NCBI GenBank assembly: GCA_903813345.2
Contig: CAIIXF020000001.1
Coordinates: 47,368,001-47,432,000 of the forward strand
Origin: Owenia fusiformis
Taxonomy: Eukaryota
DNA length: 64,000 nucleotides
Direction of reading: 5' to 3'
The notes below the pieces were generated by a model. That model worked only from the letters and a program-made list of their open reading frames with translations. It searched no databases and was not told where the DNA came from. A program made the translations under genes and the position numbers. This document shows positions 1 to 12,234 of this stretch, piece by piece. Within the stretch, counting starts at the first letter, position 1; each line of letters begins with the position of its first letter.

Positions 1-49
1 TGAAGCTTACATCAACAAACTCAATGAACTTGCAACCTCCATGGCAAGG
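1..49 (+). CDS. ASAH2: Neutral ceramidase exon (partial): EAYINKLNELATSMAR
   Basis: Frame starts at nt 2; donor AGG|GTAGGT at 49/50. Confidence 0.85.
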
Positions 50-3000
50 GTAGGTCAAATGTTAATCACTTCGTAGATTCGATAAGTATCCCAGATTCAT
101 AATTTAACAAATCGATTTATATTCAGTCAGTTCACGCGATAGTATCATCTACATTTTGTATTCTAACTCAGGACTTCAATTTCTTGAACTCGATAACTTA
201 TACTTATGTTTTTTGGACGTTATACTCGTATATTACCTATAATTAATTATCGAAGGGATTGGCTGTATCACCAGGCCCGAGTCCTCCAGATCTAAGAGGG
301 CAGGTACCGGAGAACCCTGATCAACCTGCGCAATGGGACGAACCCGTGTCAGCTAGGTCATATGGGGAGGTTTTGATACAGCCGACTAATTCATACAACC
401 AGGTCTTTTGTCTTCTTATATTATAATATAATTTATTTAGCATGATGTTTACTTATACATTTGTATATTAAATTATTTCAAAGATTGTACTCAGTGTTTC
501 CGAAAAGTATGAAGCGGTCTATTGACAACTCTTTGGTGTATATGATAATGTCCAGGCGTCGATGGTGCACAACTAATATTGTATGTACATGTATGTGTAT
601 AATTTATTGGGATCTTTATATGAAGAGTTACATTCATAATTTTACATAACTTATAAACATTGGCATTTCAGTATTATTGGCTATTTCGCTCAAATATGTA
701 CCGTGATATAACCTCATTAAAACGTAACCTATTTGCCATTTTATAGGGAACCACCGTTTCTGTAACATTTGTCACTGCCAACCCAAGACATGATCTGATG
801 GTACGCACGATGTTTAAGTACATTGAAACTAGAATAAATTGTTAACGAATTAATACAGAAGTTATACTGGACGTATTTGGGAGAACTTGAACGTGCATAT
901 TATGACCTATTTACGAATTGTTGTTCACCTCTCACTTTGTTTAAACGAGGACCTTATACACAACTATTTTCCTCGCAGCATCTTCAAACTGCATCGGGCA
1001 AATAAATAAAAATAGTGGACCATAATGTTACACGTTTCACGTACAAGTTTTTCAAAACAGTGCTAACTTAACCTCTCTACCGTTTGCTAATGTAGGCGTG
1101 AAATTTATAATTACGTAAACCAACAGAGTACAACGTACAATAATCTGAACTGATATTTGAAAAAATTAAGTTAGTTGTGATGATGATTTATTTTTTAGAC
1201 GGATAACACATTTTTGCGAGTGGAACAAAATGTGAACGAGGCATGGCAGACAGTATTTACTGACCGTGACTGGGAAACAAGGTAAATTATGAATTTGCAT
1301 TTATAATATTTGTCAAGAACTACTGTTGTTTTATTCATAAATACGAACGTTAACGTTAAACATTGATATGTACAGGGTGGTCCAAAAACGTCCACCTTTA
1401 TTTTGATGTAATTTTTTGGAAAACGCATGGATTTCAATTAAATTTTGGCAGGATATGCAGACATCAATTGTGATCTCCTTTCGCCTACCAGTTACGTTTT
1501 TCTTAATGTTGAACCAATCCATCGTATCTTCCTTATCGGTTTAAATACTTCCAAATCCTTTAATTGCTATATATATGACGTGCAAGGACCTGGGGACAAT
1601 TCGGGCAATGTGGGCTGATCTCAGCTTTGAGCGTTAATCTCTGCCTCATTTAAAAAGCTAACTATGTGTTTTATATACCTTTTTGAACTATTTTTTATTT
1701 GCATTTCAGTGAAATTATTTTTCCTTCAAAATTTTGATGGGATCCTACATATTTTTAAAGTTAAATATACCCCGACATCGTCAAATACGCTGTAAGACGT
1801 AACACTTTGCGCTTACGGGGCTCGTTGAAATTGGGATAACTTTTGAAATAATGATCAAAATCGCACTAAAATTTCACATTTTATTCAATCGAACATGTGC
1901 ATTTCACTCAAAACCACTTAAGTGTGAAATTAATTTTGTTAAAAAGTGAAAAAAATTCTAAAATGTTTTTTTCAAATAGACATATAGTATATATCTGTAT
2001 ACAATTGTACATTCATTACCCAAGGCATTGAAGTAAACTCCAAGGAAAAATAGGCGAATTTTCAAATTGAAATTAGGGTCCGTCGCAAACATGTCGATTT
2101 TCACATATTGACCCCCTGATTAATATGTCAAGCAATTCAAATTAGAATGCAACATTTTCAAAAAACCAAGAAAGTTCCTCATGGTACTTAACTGTCCTTT
2201 AAAATCGCAAATGGATTTGGACTGCAAGCTTTCATTTTTGATGTACATCACTTGTCAACATGAACCAATAAAATCTATCATTTTTCTCGATTTTTTTACT
2301 TACCTTTTGTTTTTCATTTGAATAAAATTGAAAGGGTCGACTTTATTGAAACATGAATCGATGCGATCATGAAAAATGATCCTAAAGACGATAAAAAAAC
2401 GATAACAGTTTTATTTGGGAAGATTGATCATTACGCTATTTCACTATTCAACCGCATGTCGATTTTCACAAGACAATTAGAAACAAATGACAATGATTTA
2501 GAAAGTTCATTTTAGGGAACGCTTACTTCACGAATCGACATTTTTGATATGTAGGATATAACTAGCTGAATTGAGAAACATCCAGTTTGTATATATTTGT
2601 ATCCAAATATGACCACGTTTATGTAAAATGTCCCGTCAAAACCCGACATACGTAAAACATGATTTGGAGAATCTTGTCGTGTTTCACATTTTATTCTAAA
2701 ATATCGTCAAAGAAAATAAACTTAGGACATGAACGTATTACGTCCGCAGAGTTTATATGCACTGAACACATCTTTTCTACATCCTTTTCACACCAACTTT
2801 ACCAAAACATTGCACTGATTCATGAGACAAGGGTTTACATTTTTAGATTGAATGAGAATTGGATGACAGATGCCATGTCGTTAAAATATTTTTTGACACC
2901 CTTGGTATATGTTTCCCTTTTATCTCATGTACCAGGTATATTGTTTTTACAATTTGAGTAATTTTTCCTTTGGGTTTAGCTTTTAATGCATGGTTAGACC

Positions 3001-6000
3001 AGTTGCAGGTTGACGTAGTCACGTTTTTCCTGCATGTATCACAACAACAGGACACCCATTTACGTAATATTAGAGTACAATCAGCATCTATCTAGATATC
3101 TAGATCTGAAACGTCCCTTTAACATATTTCAAATCAAGAACCCGATCCTTATTCTACTCGAGTGTACGTTATTAATTGAAACATAATGATATTGATGTCG
3201 AGTGGAGTCCAGTAAGGCTGACGTATACGTATAGTTCAATCATAAAATTCATCTGCACCGGTGTAGAGACGTTTCTCTTGACACCTTTGTGGAGCGCTTC
3301 GCCGATAACCCTCCCCCCTCTCTCCAAGTTCCTATCTCAAGACTTTTTTCCATGACCACCGGAAGTGTTTTTATAACTATGCTTTGCTTCATTCTGAGAT
3401 TTTTGTTTTAGTCGCTATAATTTCCGCTTTAGAGATACAAATTTCTTTCTTGTCAGACTCTATCCCTTTTCCGGATTTCTGATTTCACATCTCATAACTT
3501 TCGCTATTAAATTTGTTTCTTCTGATGTTTTGTTTGAAGCTCTTGAAGTCTATATATTTTAGTGGTCTACCCCCGGTTTTATTTTTCGAAGAGGGGAAAA
3601 ATCATCTCGCTTTTGTTGCCTCTATCGTCGCATGCGCATCTTGTGGTTTATGTTTCTATAATGCTAGTTAATTCGATTGGCGATATTTTTCAATGAGGAA
3701 CGTAATCTTATGCACCTCATCTCTTGATTTTTTGATTTATTTTATTCTCGGACATTGATTTGCAACGAATTACGTTTGACGAGGGCATTCCGAATCTTGT
3801 GCATCAGATCGTAATGTATCTAGTAGATCAGATCGTAATACATCCATTCTCAATAAGAATGCAAATTCCAGGTATGAATCTGACAAAAATTAAAGTAGCT
3901 TTAAATGGTTTAAAGTTGATGTATTTCTATTTGAATATATGTTAAGTATCTAAAGTGAAAATATCTTCATCAATCTCATACCCCTTCATGGAAAAGTCAC
4001 ATGTTGAAGCTTATCTAGTATTCATTTAAAAATGTAAGTCTCTGTCATTTACGTTATAGGGGGTTGTCGAAGCAAGCGACCTATATTTTCATTCAACATA
4101 TTATTCTCATGTCTGTTTTTGTACCTAACAATAAGGATATATTTTGCCTTAATACTAAATCATACATCAGGCATTTTGAAGATACACAAGTTGAAAGAAT
4201 TCACATTGAAGTCAACAATTACATGTGACTTATTATTCATTTTCAAAAACAAAACCTAAGTGCTACATGTCATTCCAATTTTATAAAAACTCAGTTTGAT
4301 AACATTAAATTTATATTTCTTTTCTGATTAGAAATAGTGTTCAGAATAAAATGATAGCCGTATCTTGGTGTTTGATATGCCATACAAAATGTATTTGAGA
4401 TTTGTATATCGTTACACCCTTGGTAACGTATATGATCCAAAAAAAGTAACATCGTAGAATGAGTCATATCATATGTGATCATGGTTAAACCATCAACTGG
4501 TGCTTCTTTTATCATGTTTACACTACATTTTAACCAATAGTAACATTTAAAAAACATAGTTCTGTGGACCATCATGTAACGTAAATGATGGTGAAATTAA
4601 CTAACTTTTGCAATAGAAACATTAAAGCTAAGACAAACATTATTTATGCACAAAACACGTAATGAATTAATATATTGTCACATACGCTATATGTTGGAAT
4701 GAATATATACAGGATTAAAGGGACATAATCTTTCTTCACACATTTGTAATGCTAAATCCTTTGTAACGTAAGTGATTACAAAACTTACAATCACAAGATC
4801 AAAACTATACTATATAATTTGTGATTATCGTCAAAAAGTAGCAACATTCAGTGTCTACTCTTATATCATAGGTACATATGAACTCCTGAAAGCGTTTCTA
4901 AATCCTAGCTTGGACATATAGATCCCATAGAACATGAGTTTAAATCTCAGGACACAGATCTAGAGTTTAAATAGCCCTTTAAACTTCCCTGTTCGGATTG
5001 ACTCTTCTACTACACACTCAAAATCTGAGACTCTCAGCCAAATAACGTAACATTCTAAAGACCATTGGAGATTCTTCTTTTCCTAAAAAATAGTATTTAT
5101 CATCATCAGTATCACATGCAGTGCCTTTTCGACATACCAACAGTATTGTAAACTGCAGTGAAAGAAAATCGCCAAGATGTAGCTCTTTATCTCCACTCTC
5201 AGTCCGCATGATGGCCCTGTCAGAATACTCTTGGTTGTCTCTTCTTGTATGTCATTCCTGGTTCGTTTCATTTTGTGCGGTGCACTTTTAACACTGTTTA
5301 TTTGCTTCAACAAAATATTCCTTTGCTTGTGGTAAACGTCGAGTACTCATTTCATTTTTGTCCAGCCAGGCAAGGCCCTTAAGCTTGTATCATCTTCCAT
5401 CGCCTTTAGTAATATTATATCAACTAGACTTGAACACTTTACAGGCATTTCCCCGCCAGTCATGTTGCGTCTGCTTCGCCTCTTCAACTACGTGTTTTCC
5501 TCGTAGTAATCTTCTCCTCAACTCTAGGGATATCACTATGCTAAAGTTTGCATCGCATCACTTTTCCCCTGCACTCTTTGGTGTTTTTGGCGTGTTTGGA
5601 CGCTTCATTCTATTTTTCTCTGCTTCTGTAAGATCCTTGGGTATGATTTGTGATTGTTTTTTCCCTGTTTATCTATGTTCAGGGAGCTTTGTTTTCTTAT
5701 GGCTACGTACGTCCCCAAGTTCTACTTATCCATTTTCTAAAGAGCCATGCATGTCCTTTTTGCAAAATTCCAGGCAAAATTAATATGAACTATAAATTGT
5801 GTGTTACTTGTACCACTGTCATAAACACGGTCACAATCATTGTTATCGGCATTACTTGGGTCATTGCTAACAGTTTTCTTCTTTTTGATTTGTCTCCTGT
5901 ATTATTACGCTATCTGAGACTAACATAACATGTCTCGGACGCAATGACATATTTTTTTCTTTTATGGTCTTTATCTTTTCAGATAGTGCACGCAGCTATT

Positions 6001-9000
6001 GAGACAATGCATTTATGAACCCGAGCACGCTCTATTTGGTGCTTTTTTCCTATCACGATAGTCTTCTTGAATTTCAGCAGGATGCTTTCCCATCTACGAA
6101 AAGTACAAGTTGATAAATGAACATATCTGTAAAGATTTGACGATAGAAAATGTGTGCAATAGAATTTATCAATTACGTTACCATGGGTAACGTAATTTAT
6201 GACATAGAAAACGCAAGACTATAGGTTCACTTCAAAATGAATGATAGAAAAGTGTTTTTATGTTCATTTTCACATTTATACCGACTGTGTTTATGCCATA
6301 GATAACATCAAATTAACACTACATCTTCTTTTAACAAGAGAGATACTATATTAGGTGTGATATATACCTTAAATTGTGTGGATTTACTCTAAAAAGGTGG
6401 TAGTGTTTCTTTATTCAGATTCAAATGAATATGGATACTCAAATTTCCCGCTTTATAAACTTTATTCAGAGCTAGGAGTATGGTAACCGTTATTTTCGTA
6501 CTACTAGGTATCGTAAATGATGGTGTCGTAAATGATGCAAATACCCTTTTGTTGGCTGTATTATATTCAAACAATGTCAATTTAGTTAAAAATACTGATC
6601 AGCCAGGGTCACTCCTACCATACAATAAGGTGATATAACATTAATATGATCAGACACTTATTGCCTGTGGAAACTATGATCACGTAAATGATTTTCTTAT
6701 CTATAACTTTATGAAAAACGGGAATTATAATTTTCTGGCCCCCAAATCTCAACGTTTCAAATATCAACTTGTACGACGTTCTATTAAGTATTCAAATTGG
6801 AATCCAGATACGAATATGGCACATATAAAACATTAATTTTCACCAGTTTTTATATGATTTATAGCACAAGGGGGTTGATATAAAAAAAGTCTGGCGACAT
6901 TTGTCAAGGAACATTTTCAACATGGTAAATATCTCAAAAGGATAGTTTCTGTCATTTAACCAGAAGCTGGGATCGTCCTGTGTATAAAACACCACTTTAT
7001 ATGGGATGTAATGCATGAAAAGTGTTCTAATGGCACCATACAATCCTGATTTTTGATATGGCGACAGTCACGTAACTGATGAATAGCCCTATTCTAGTAC
7101 ATATAATAAAATAGGTGTAACTGAGAAATTATATATTACATATGTGCTAGGTAGAGGGTCATATGTACTATTTATATATATAACAAAAAGTGATGTTGGT
7201 AATGTAAATGCTGAGATTGAGCCCTGGGACATCGATTTTGCATTCTTATTGAGAATGGGTGAATAATGAAATTAGAAAACAATGATAAGCAAATAAACAT
7301 CGTTGAAAAGCTATAAAATCTTTCATATTATAAATAAGAGATGCCTGTCTATGCTGCTCACCATTGAGAATGATGCATTCATTGAAAAGGAAACTGAACC
7401 CAAACGTTCATAGACTTAATAATTAAAGTCAGCAATCCCCGGGAATGCACTGAACGAAACGTTATTTACAGAGGTTGACACATTTAGGGCTATAATGGTC
7501 TTCATAATGATTTTTGTAGTGAAAATCTTTCGGTAAATTATGCTTATGGAAGTTACAAATAACTTATCATCTGCTTGCATGTAACGTATTTTTGTAAAGA
7601 CGTATAAAATGGAAAAAGGTACGCTGAACAAAGAGAAAACTTTTTAGCTGTTATATTTTCATTGTCTATCAATTGATCTTTATGCGTAATTATCGGAAAA
7701 CTGTTATGCATGTGTTATCAGTGTATTGGTAATCATATAAAATCAAATCAATCCATTTGTGATTTATAGAAATGACTAATTCACTGCTTTGAGTTCAATG
7801 GTATAACCATGTCGATTTTCACGCATGTCGATTGTCACAGTTTCACATCATATTCGCTCATAGATGGGGTCGTGCTGGTTATTTCGTAAAATGTTTTCGT
7901 TAAAACAGAGTGGATATATTGTTTTCTTGAATAGTGTCCGTCTTTACACTAGAATGCTGCCCATGTGTGAATTACATCTTGGTCGTTTTTCACAAGAAAA
8001 ATGGTGAATTTTCAGAAATGATCAGATAATGCTCATTATAATTCAATCACAATTATTATCACGATTTGGAACATGCTGGTTTGATAAACTGAATGAAGGA
8101 CTTGCTAAACACATATAACTTATTTTTCTCGGATTCCCCTAATGCCGTGTGGGTGTGTTTAAACGACCATGTCGATTTTCACAGAATAAATTTTACATTT
8201 ACTTTATTTGGTCTATATAATCGGTAATAGGTTGAGATCAAATACAGTGCTCTCATCACACTCTGAATGAATGTTCTCTATGCCAGCATAACCAAAATTA
8301 AAAGATGCGACCATTTATTATTGAGATATGACATGTTTTCAAAAGCGTGTTGTCCTGTTACATTGACAATTTCACGAAATTCACAATTTTGAAGCCAGAT
8401 ATCACAGCTACTTATAATCGGAACGATCAAAAAAGTATGCTGACGTAGTCCATATAAAGGTATTATATTTTAGAATACATAAAATGATGAGCAAAAATGG
8501 GTTTAATTTCAGCTATGTTCAAAAACATCAAAAATGTCAATTTTTAACACTTATTTGTTTTCACTGATTTATGACGTCACAATTGCTTGACGGCTACAGT
8601 TCAAATTATCTTAAAACGAACGCTTTTAAAAATTTAAAAATTGTGTAAGGTTTTGAAGGCGAATGGGACGAGCAATAAGTTTACCTTCATTTAACCTTCT
8701 AATTTAGGTCTGATTTGAAAGAAAAATTAACTGCACAATATTGTCATGGCGAAATTTACAAAACAATAACCAGTTTGTCTATTTTGCAAATAATATTAAA
8801 ATAAGAGCTGGTTTTCGAGACTTGAAAAAATGTGACGCATCGATTTTGTACCACAAATTCCATACATATCAATATTTACTAACGCCCCAAATAAATTTCT
8901 TGACCGTTTTTCAAAATTCAAAAACATTTTAGAAATATTGTCCTCGAGATCTTGCTACCCTGTGAATTTTGTAAAGATTAGATAAGGATAAAGTATTTTA

Positions 9001-9804
9001 TTTTTAGGTTGAGTAAACTTGTAAAAAATGTGACGCTTGTCGTTTTTGACGTTGTAAGGCTGTTTGCGCCCTATACTGCTCATTGTTTTGTTTTGGTTTT
9101 TTGACGCCATAATGTTACGCTAATTGTCCCCAGTTTCGTGCGACGTGTAATAGGAAATTTAAATTATTATAGTGAATCATACATAATATCTCTCTCTGAC
9201 TAAATGTATAACTGGAATTGCTATTTGGGGCATGACTTTGATCATGATTGTAAAATTGTCGCTTTCAATTTCATCTTGAAATCTGTCGTTTTTCAAATAT
9301 TAGACATCTAGTGTCTCTTTAGTATTGACCGTCATTATTCAAAAACCTAAAAAAGTTATATCGAAATAAAAATCGTGGACATTTTTTGGCCCATGCTGTA
9401 TATATACATTTATGGTTACCTATTGTGTTGGTCGATTTAGGTTTTATTGGGACCGAGAATGCAATGGGATACCGTGTACAGATGATGACACACCGGAAAG
9501 GACGAGCATTGCGAGAATCACGTGGGATATCCCATCCAATCAGGCACCAGGAAACTATCGTATTAGTCATTATGGCCACCATAAGACTGAATTGGATCAA
9601 GTCGTAGCTTTCACTGGTACATCAAACATATTTACAGTGAATGCAAACAAGGATGCCGAAAAATCCGGGACAAAAGAAGAACCAGGAACAAAGGCCCCAA
9701 TGTCCCTAAAACCTGTGACTGGAGGCTTAGAAGGCAACAGCGGTGTACGACATGGTGCTTCTATCCTTCTCTGTATTTTTATGTTGCTTAAACAGCTGAT
9801 ATAA
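1..9804 (+). CDS. ASAH2: Neutral/alkaline non-lysosomal ceramidase, 3' part (5 exons: <1-49, 256-402, 747-800, 1199-1281, 9441-9804)
   Basis: GT-AG splicing with consistent phases (0,0,0,2) gives EAYINKLNELATSMAR/GLAVSPGPSPPDL...SYGEVLIQPTNSYNQ/GTTVSVTFVTANPRHDLM/TDNTFLRVEQ...VFTDRDWETR/FYW...ITWDIPSNQAPGNYRISHYGHHK...FTGTSNIFTV. These are the motifs (GPxPP, ANPRxD, DxDWET, W.IP...PG.YRI.H.G) of the neutral ceramidase C-terminal domain. The gene starts upstream of the window. Confidence 0.93.
256..402 (+). CDS. ASAH2: Neutral ceramidase exon GLAVSPGPSPPDL...YNQ
   Basis: AG acceptor 254-255, GT donor 403-404, 147 nt open. Confidence 0.9.
747..800 (+). CDS. ASAH2: Neutral ceramidase exon GTTVSVTFVTANPRHDLM
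   Basis: ttttatag acceptor, GTACG donor, conserved ANPR motif. Confidence 0.92.
1199..1281 (+). CDS. ASAH2: Neutral ceramidase exon TDNTFLRVEQ...DRDWETR
   Basis: ttttttag acceptor, AG|GTAAAT donor, conserved DWET motif. Confidence 0.92.
1373..9398. mobile_element. Tc1/mariner-type MITE ends enclosing a ~7.6-kb nested insertion (ceramidase last intron)
   Basis: TA|CAGGGTGGTCCAAAAACGTCCAC at left; imperfect inverted GTGGACATTTTTTGGCCCATGCTG|TA at right; ~50 bp similarity. Confidence 0.6.
1577..9147. mobile_element. Large degraded DNA transposon (unclassified) with ~26-bp imperfect TIR and subterminal repeats
   Basis: ACGTGCAAGGACCTGGGGACAATT vs inverted AATTGTCCCCAGTTTCGTGCGACGT; motif CATGTCGATTTTCAC near both ends (~2090, ~2456, ~7808, ~8168); stop-riddled K/R-rich coding-like remnants on the - strand ~3300-3760 and ~5000-5780. 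Confidence 0.5.
9441..9804 (+). CDS. ASAH2: Neutral ceramidase terminal exon with C-terminal extension
   Basis: atttag acceptor, phase 2 matches previous exon; ORF track 9412..9804; AATAAA at ~9894 and ~10003. Confidence 0.92.
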
Positions 9805-10134
9805 ACATTTATGGGAATGTTTTAAGGGTGGTGGTTCGATAGACATTTGAGATAAAAAAAAAGTTACTGCAATAAGTTTGAAAAAGGTACAACAATAAAT
9901 GTAACCGGTTATTTATTTTAATGTAAAACACAAACACTCAAAAGGAACAATGCATTTTCTTTAAAGGAAACTGCTTTAATTGTAGCTAGTAGTCAAAATT
10001 GAAATAAAAGCTTGGTTTATGCAGCGCCATATTATTGTACAAAATTCGTATACTCGTAAGCTTTAATAGAAAAAAATTATTGCCATCCCTGAATACATAA
10101 ATGTATTTGTTATGTGAAATACTGTTGTTATAAA

Positions 10135-11502
10135 AGTCTCAGTCACATTTGTCCGCGGCGACCGCATGTCCACCGTAGTTATTTGAAATCAGTAAATGTT
10201 TGCGGCAAACATATGAAAACTACGATCGCCTTAAGGTCTCCGTACGGCGTATCCAATTTTTACAGGCCGTAGATCGCGTCGCTGTAGAAATTCTAATTCG
10301 CAGATATAACTTTTTTACTCCTGCAGTAACCGTAGAAATCAACAAGCTACTGCCAAACCGTAGAAAGGTCCCGCGGTGGTCGTACGTCGGGCGTACGGTC
10401 GACTTGCGGCTGCCCTAGGATTTTATTGATTACAATTGGCCTTTGGGAACCATACGAACGCTGTAAGGCCCCCTTGTGGCTGCCTTGCGTCTGGATCGTT
10501 TTTATTAGTCAGCGTAGGGCCGACCTTCTCTGACCGCACGTCATTATTAATCAGCCGTATTGGACACTGGTTTTTATGCCTCCTCAAAACCAAAATACGC
10601 CCTACGGCTGTCTTAGCAAATGTGATCAGACTGGTAAATTATCTGACCGCGGAAACTTTTAGGCGAGCGTAGAAATGTTACTGACCGCAAAAATGATAGA
10701 TCGTACGGCCGCCGTAGCAAAAGTAGCAAAAGTGACCGAGGCTTTGTAATAACCCATATGCGAGGAAACTACTTTTCATAGTAGGAAGATGAAAGAAGTA
10801 ATTAGGTCAGAGTGACCTAGATAACAAGAGTGAGTTTTGGAATTTCCTTAGAAGTGGCCATAGAAATAAGAAAAGCATGAATTCTACGGCGACTCTATGG
10901 CCTCTTAAAACGTCTGGAAACCGTAAGGTGACCGTTGATTTTCTAAAGTTGCCGTAAAATTTACCGATTTGAGGTACTGTATCGGAGGTTTTAATGTGGC
11001 TCAAGCTAGATGAAAATGCTTGGGTATTGCTCCACCGAAAACGACAGAAAACGTTTGCATTTGGGTTAATTTCTATATAAATTTGTGAAGCTACGGCCGC
11101 TGTACGCACGCCATAGAGCAAATGTGAGGCTATATTTGTTACCTATCTACGGCGAGCGTATGGCAACAGTTCCTCGAAATCACGAACTACAACCGTTAAA
11201 GAAATTGTAACGCGGATTTATTTTTTCATTTCTACCGTCTTGCGCGTGCATTGTTATTTATCAAAATTTTACGAGCGCCGTAGGTACGACCCAAGCGAGC
11301 ATGCGTCATCACATCAAATACAGTGTGTCAACCACAGGTTTTATGTCTGGCTCCACAAATTCAAAATACGCTGTACGGGCGCCTCGGTATAAGCTCCTGA
11401 TATACAGTATATGGCAGTAAAAATTTTACGGGGACCTTGCGATTGCTATTGACTATAAAAATATTAGAACGCGATGTCGCCGTGGCAAATGTGACCCGGG
11501 CA
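10135..11502. mobile_element. PIF/Harbinger-like non-autonomous element(s) between the convergent ceramidase and SLC10 3' ends
   Basis: Termini AGTCTCAGTCACATTTG (10135), GTGACCGAGGCT (10743), GCAAATGTGACCCGGGCA|TAG (11502); GC-rich CCGTAG/CTACGG repeats inside. Confidence 0.6.
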
Positions 11503-11512
11503 TAGTAATTCA

Positions 11513-12234
11513 TCACAGTCTACTGCCCAATGCGTATGGGTCTTTGGTAATGTTGTTTTCACAAATTGGAGTCACACAATAGATAGATGGTATTTTCTTT
11601 TCGGTATTACTATTTTCAATGTAATAACTGTTTTCTGTCTGTGACTTGGTCTCATCCTCAACGATGTCCCTCATTTCACTCTTGTTTGCCCGGGTTATAA
11701 CTATCTTTCGAATAGATATGATAGCAAATGCTGCAACAAGTGGCAAAGGGGTGAACATAACGGTCGCTATGGGCATTACCGCTGCTAGATCAGCCTCAGG
11801 ATTTGGAAAGGAAAACTGTAGAACGATCAGGGCAATCGCAATGTCTTGTATCCCTGTTTCAATAGCTATTGTCGTTGCTCGCTTAACACCCTGCTTAAGT
11901 AACATTGCTAGAGCAAAGGCCAAGCCATAAGCAACCCACGGCAGCATGATTCCAGCAAGTATCACCTCAGGTTGGCGACCCATAAGTCGATACATATATA
12001 GGTTTGCATAGATGCCAAAAGAGAATACGTATGCAATAAAGAAAAGAGAGAGCCATTTTGTCCCCTTGGCTAAAAAGTCTGCAACTTTAGGGGAAAAACG
12101 CTTGATTAGTAGTCCAATACCTATCGGGAATACAAGGGCTAAAAGAGAGTACCCGATGTTTGCAAATGGAATGGTAATTTGAGCATCTTGAACATATACG
12201 TGCCCTAGCGCCCACATCCAAAACGGCATCATTC
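11513..12234 (-). CDS. SLC10 exon 3 (terminal)
   Basis: ttgcag acceptor; ORF track 11513..12247. Confidence 0.94.
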
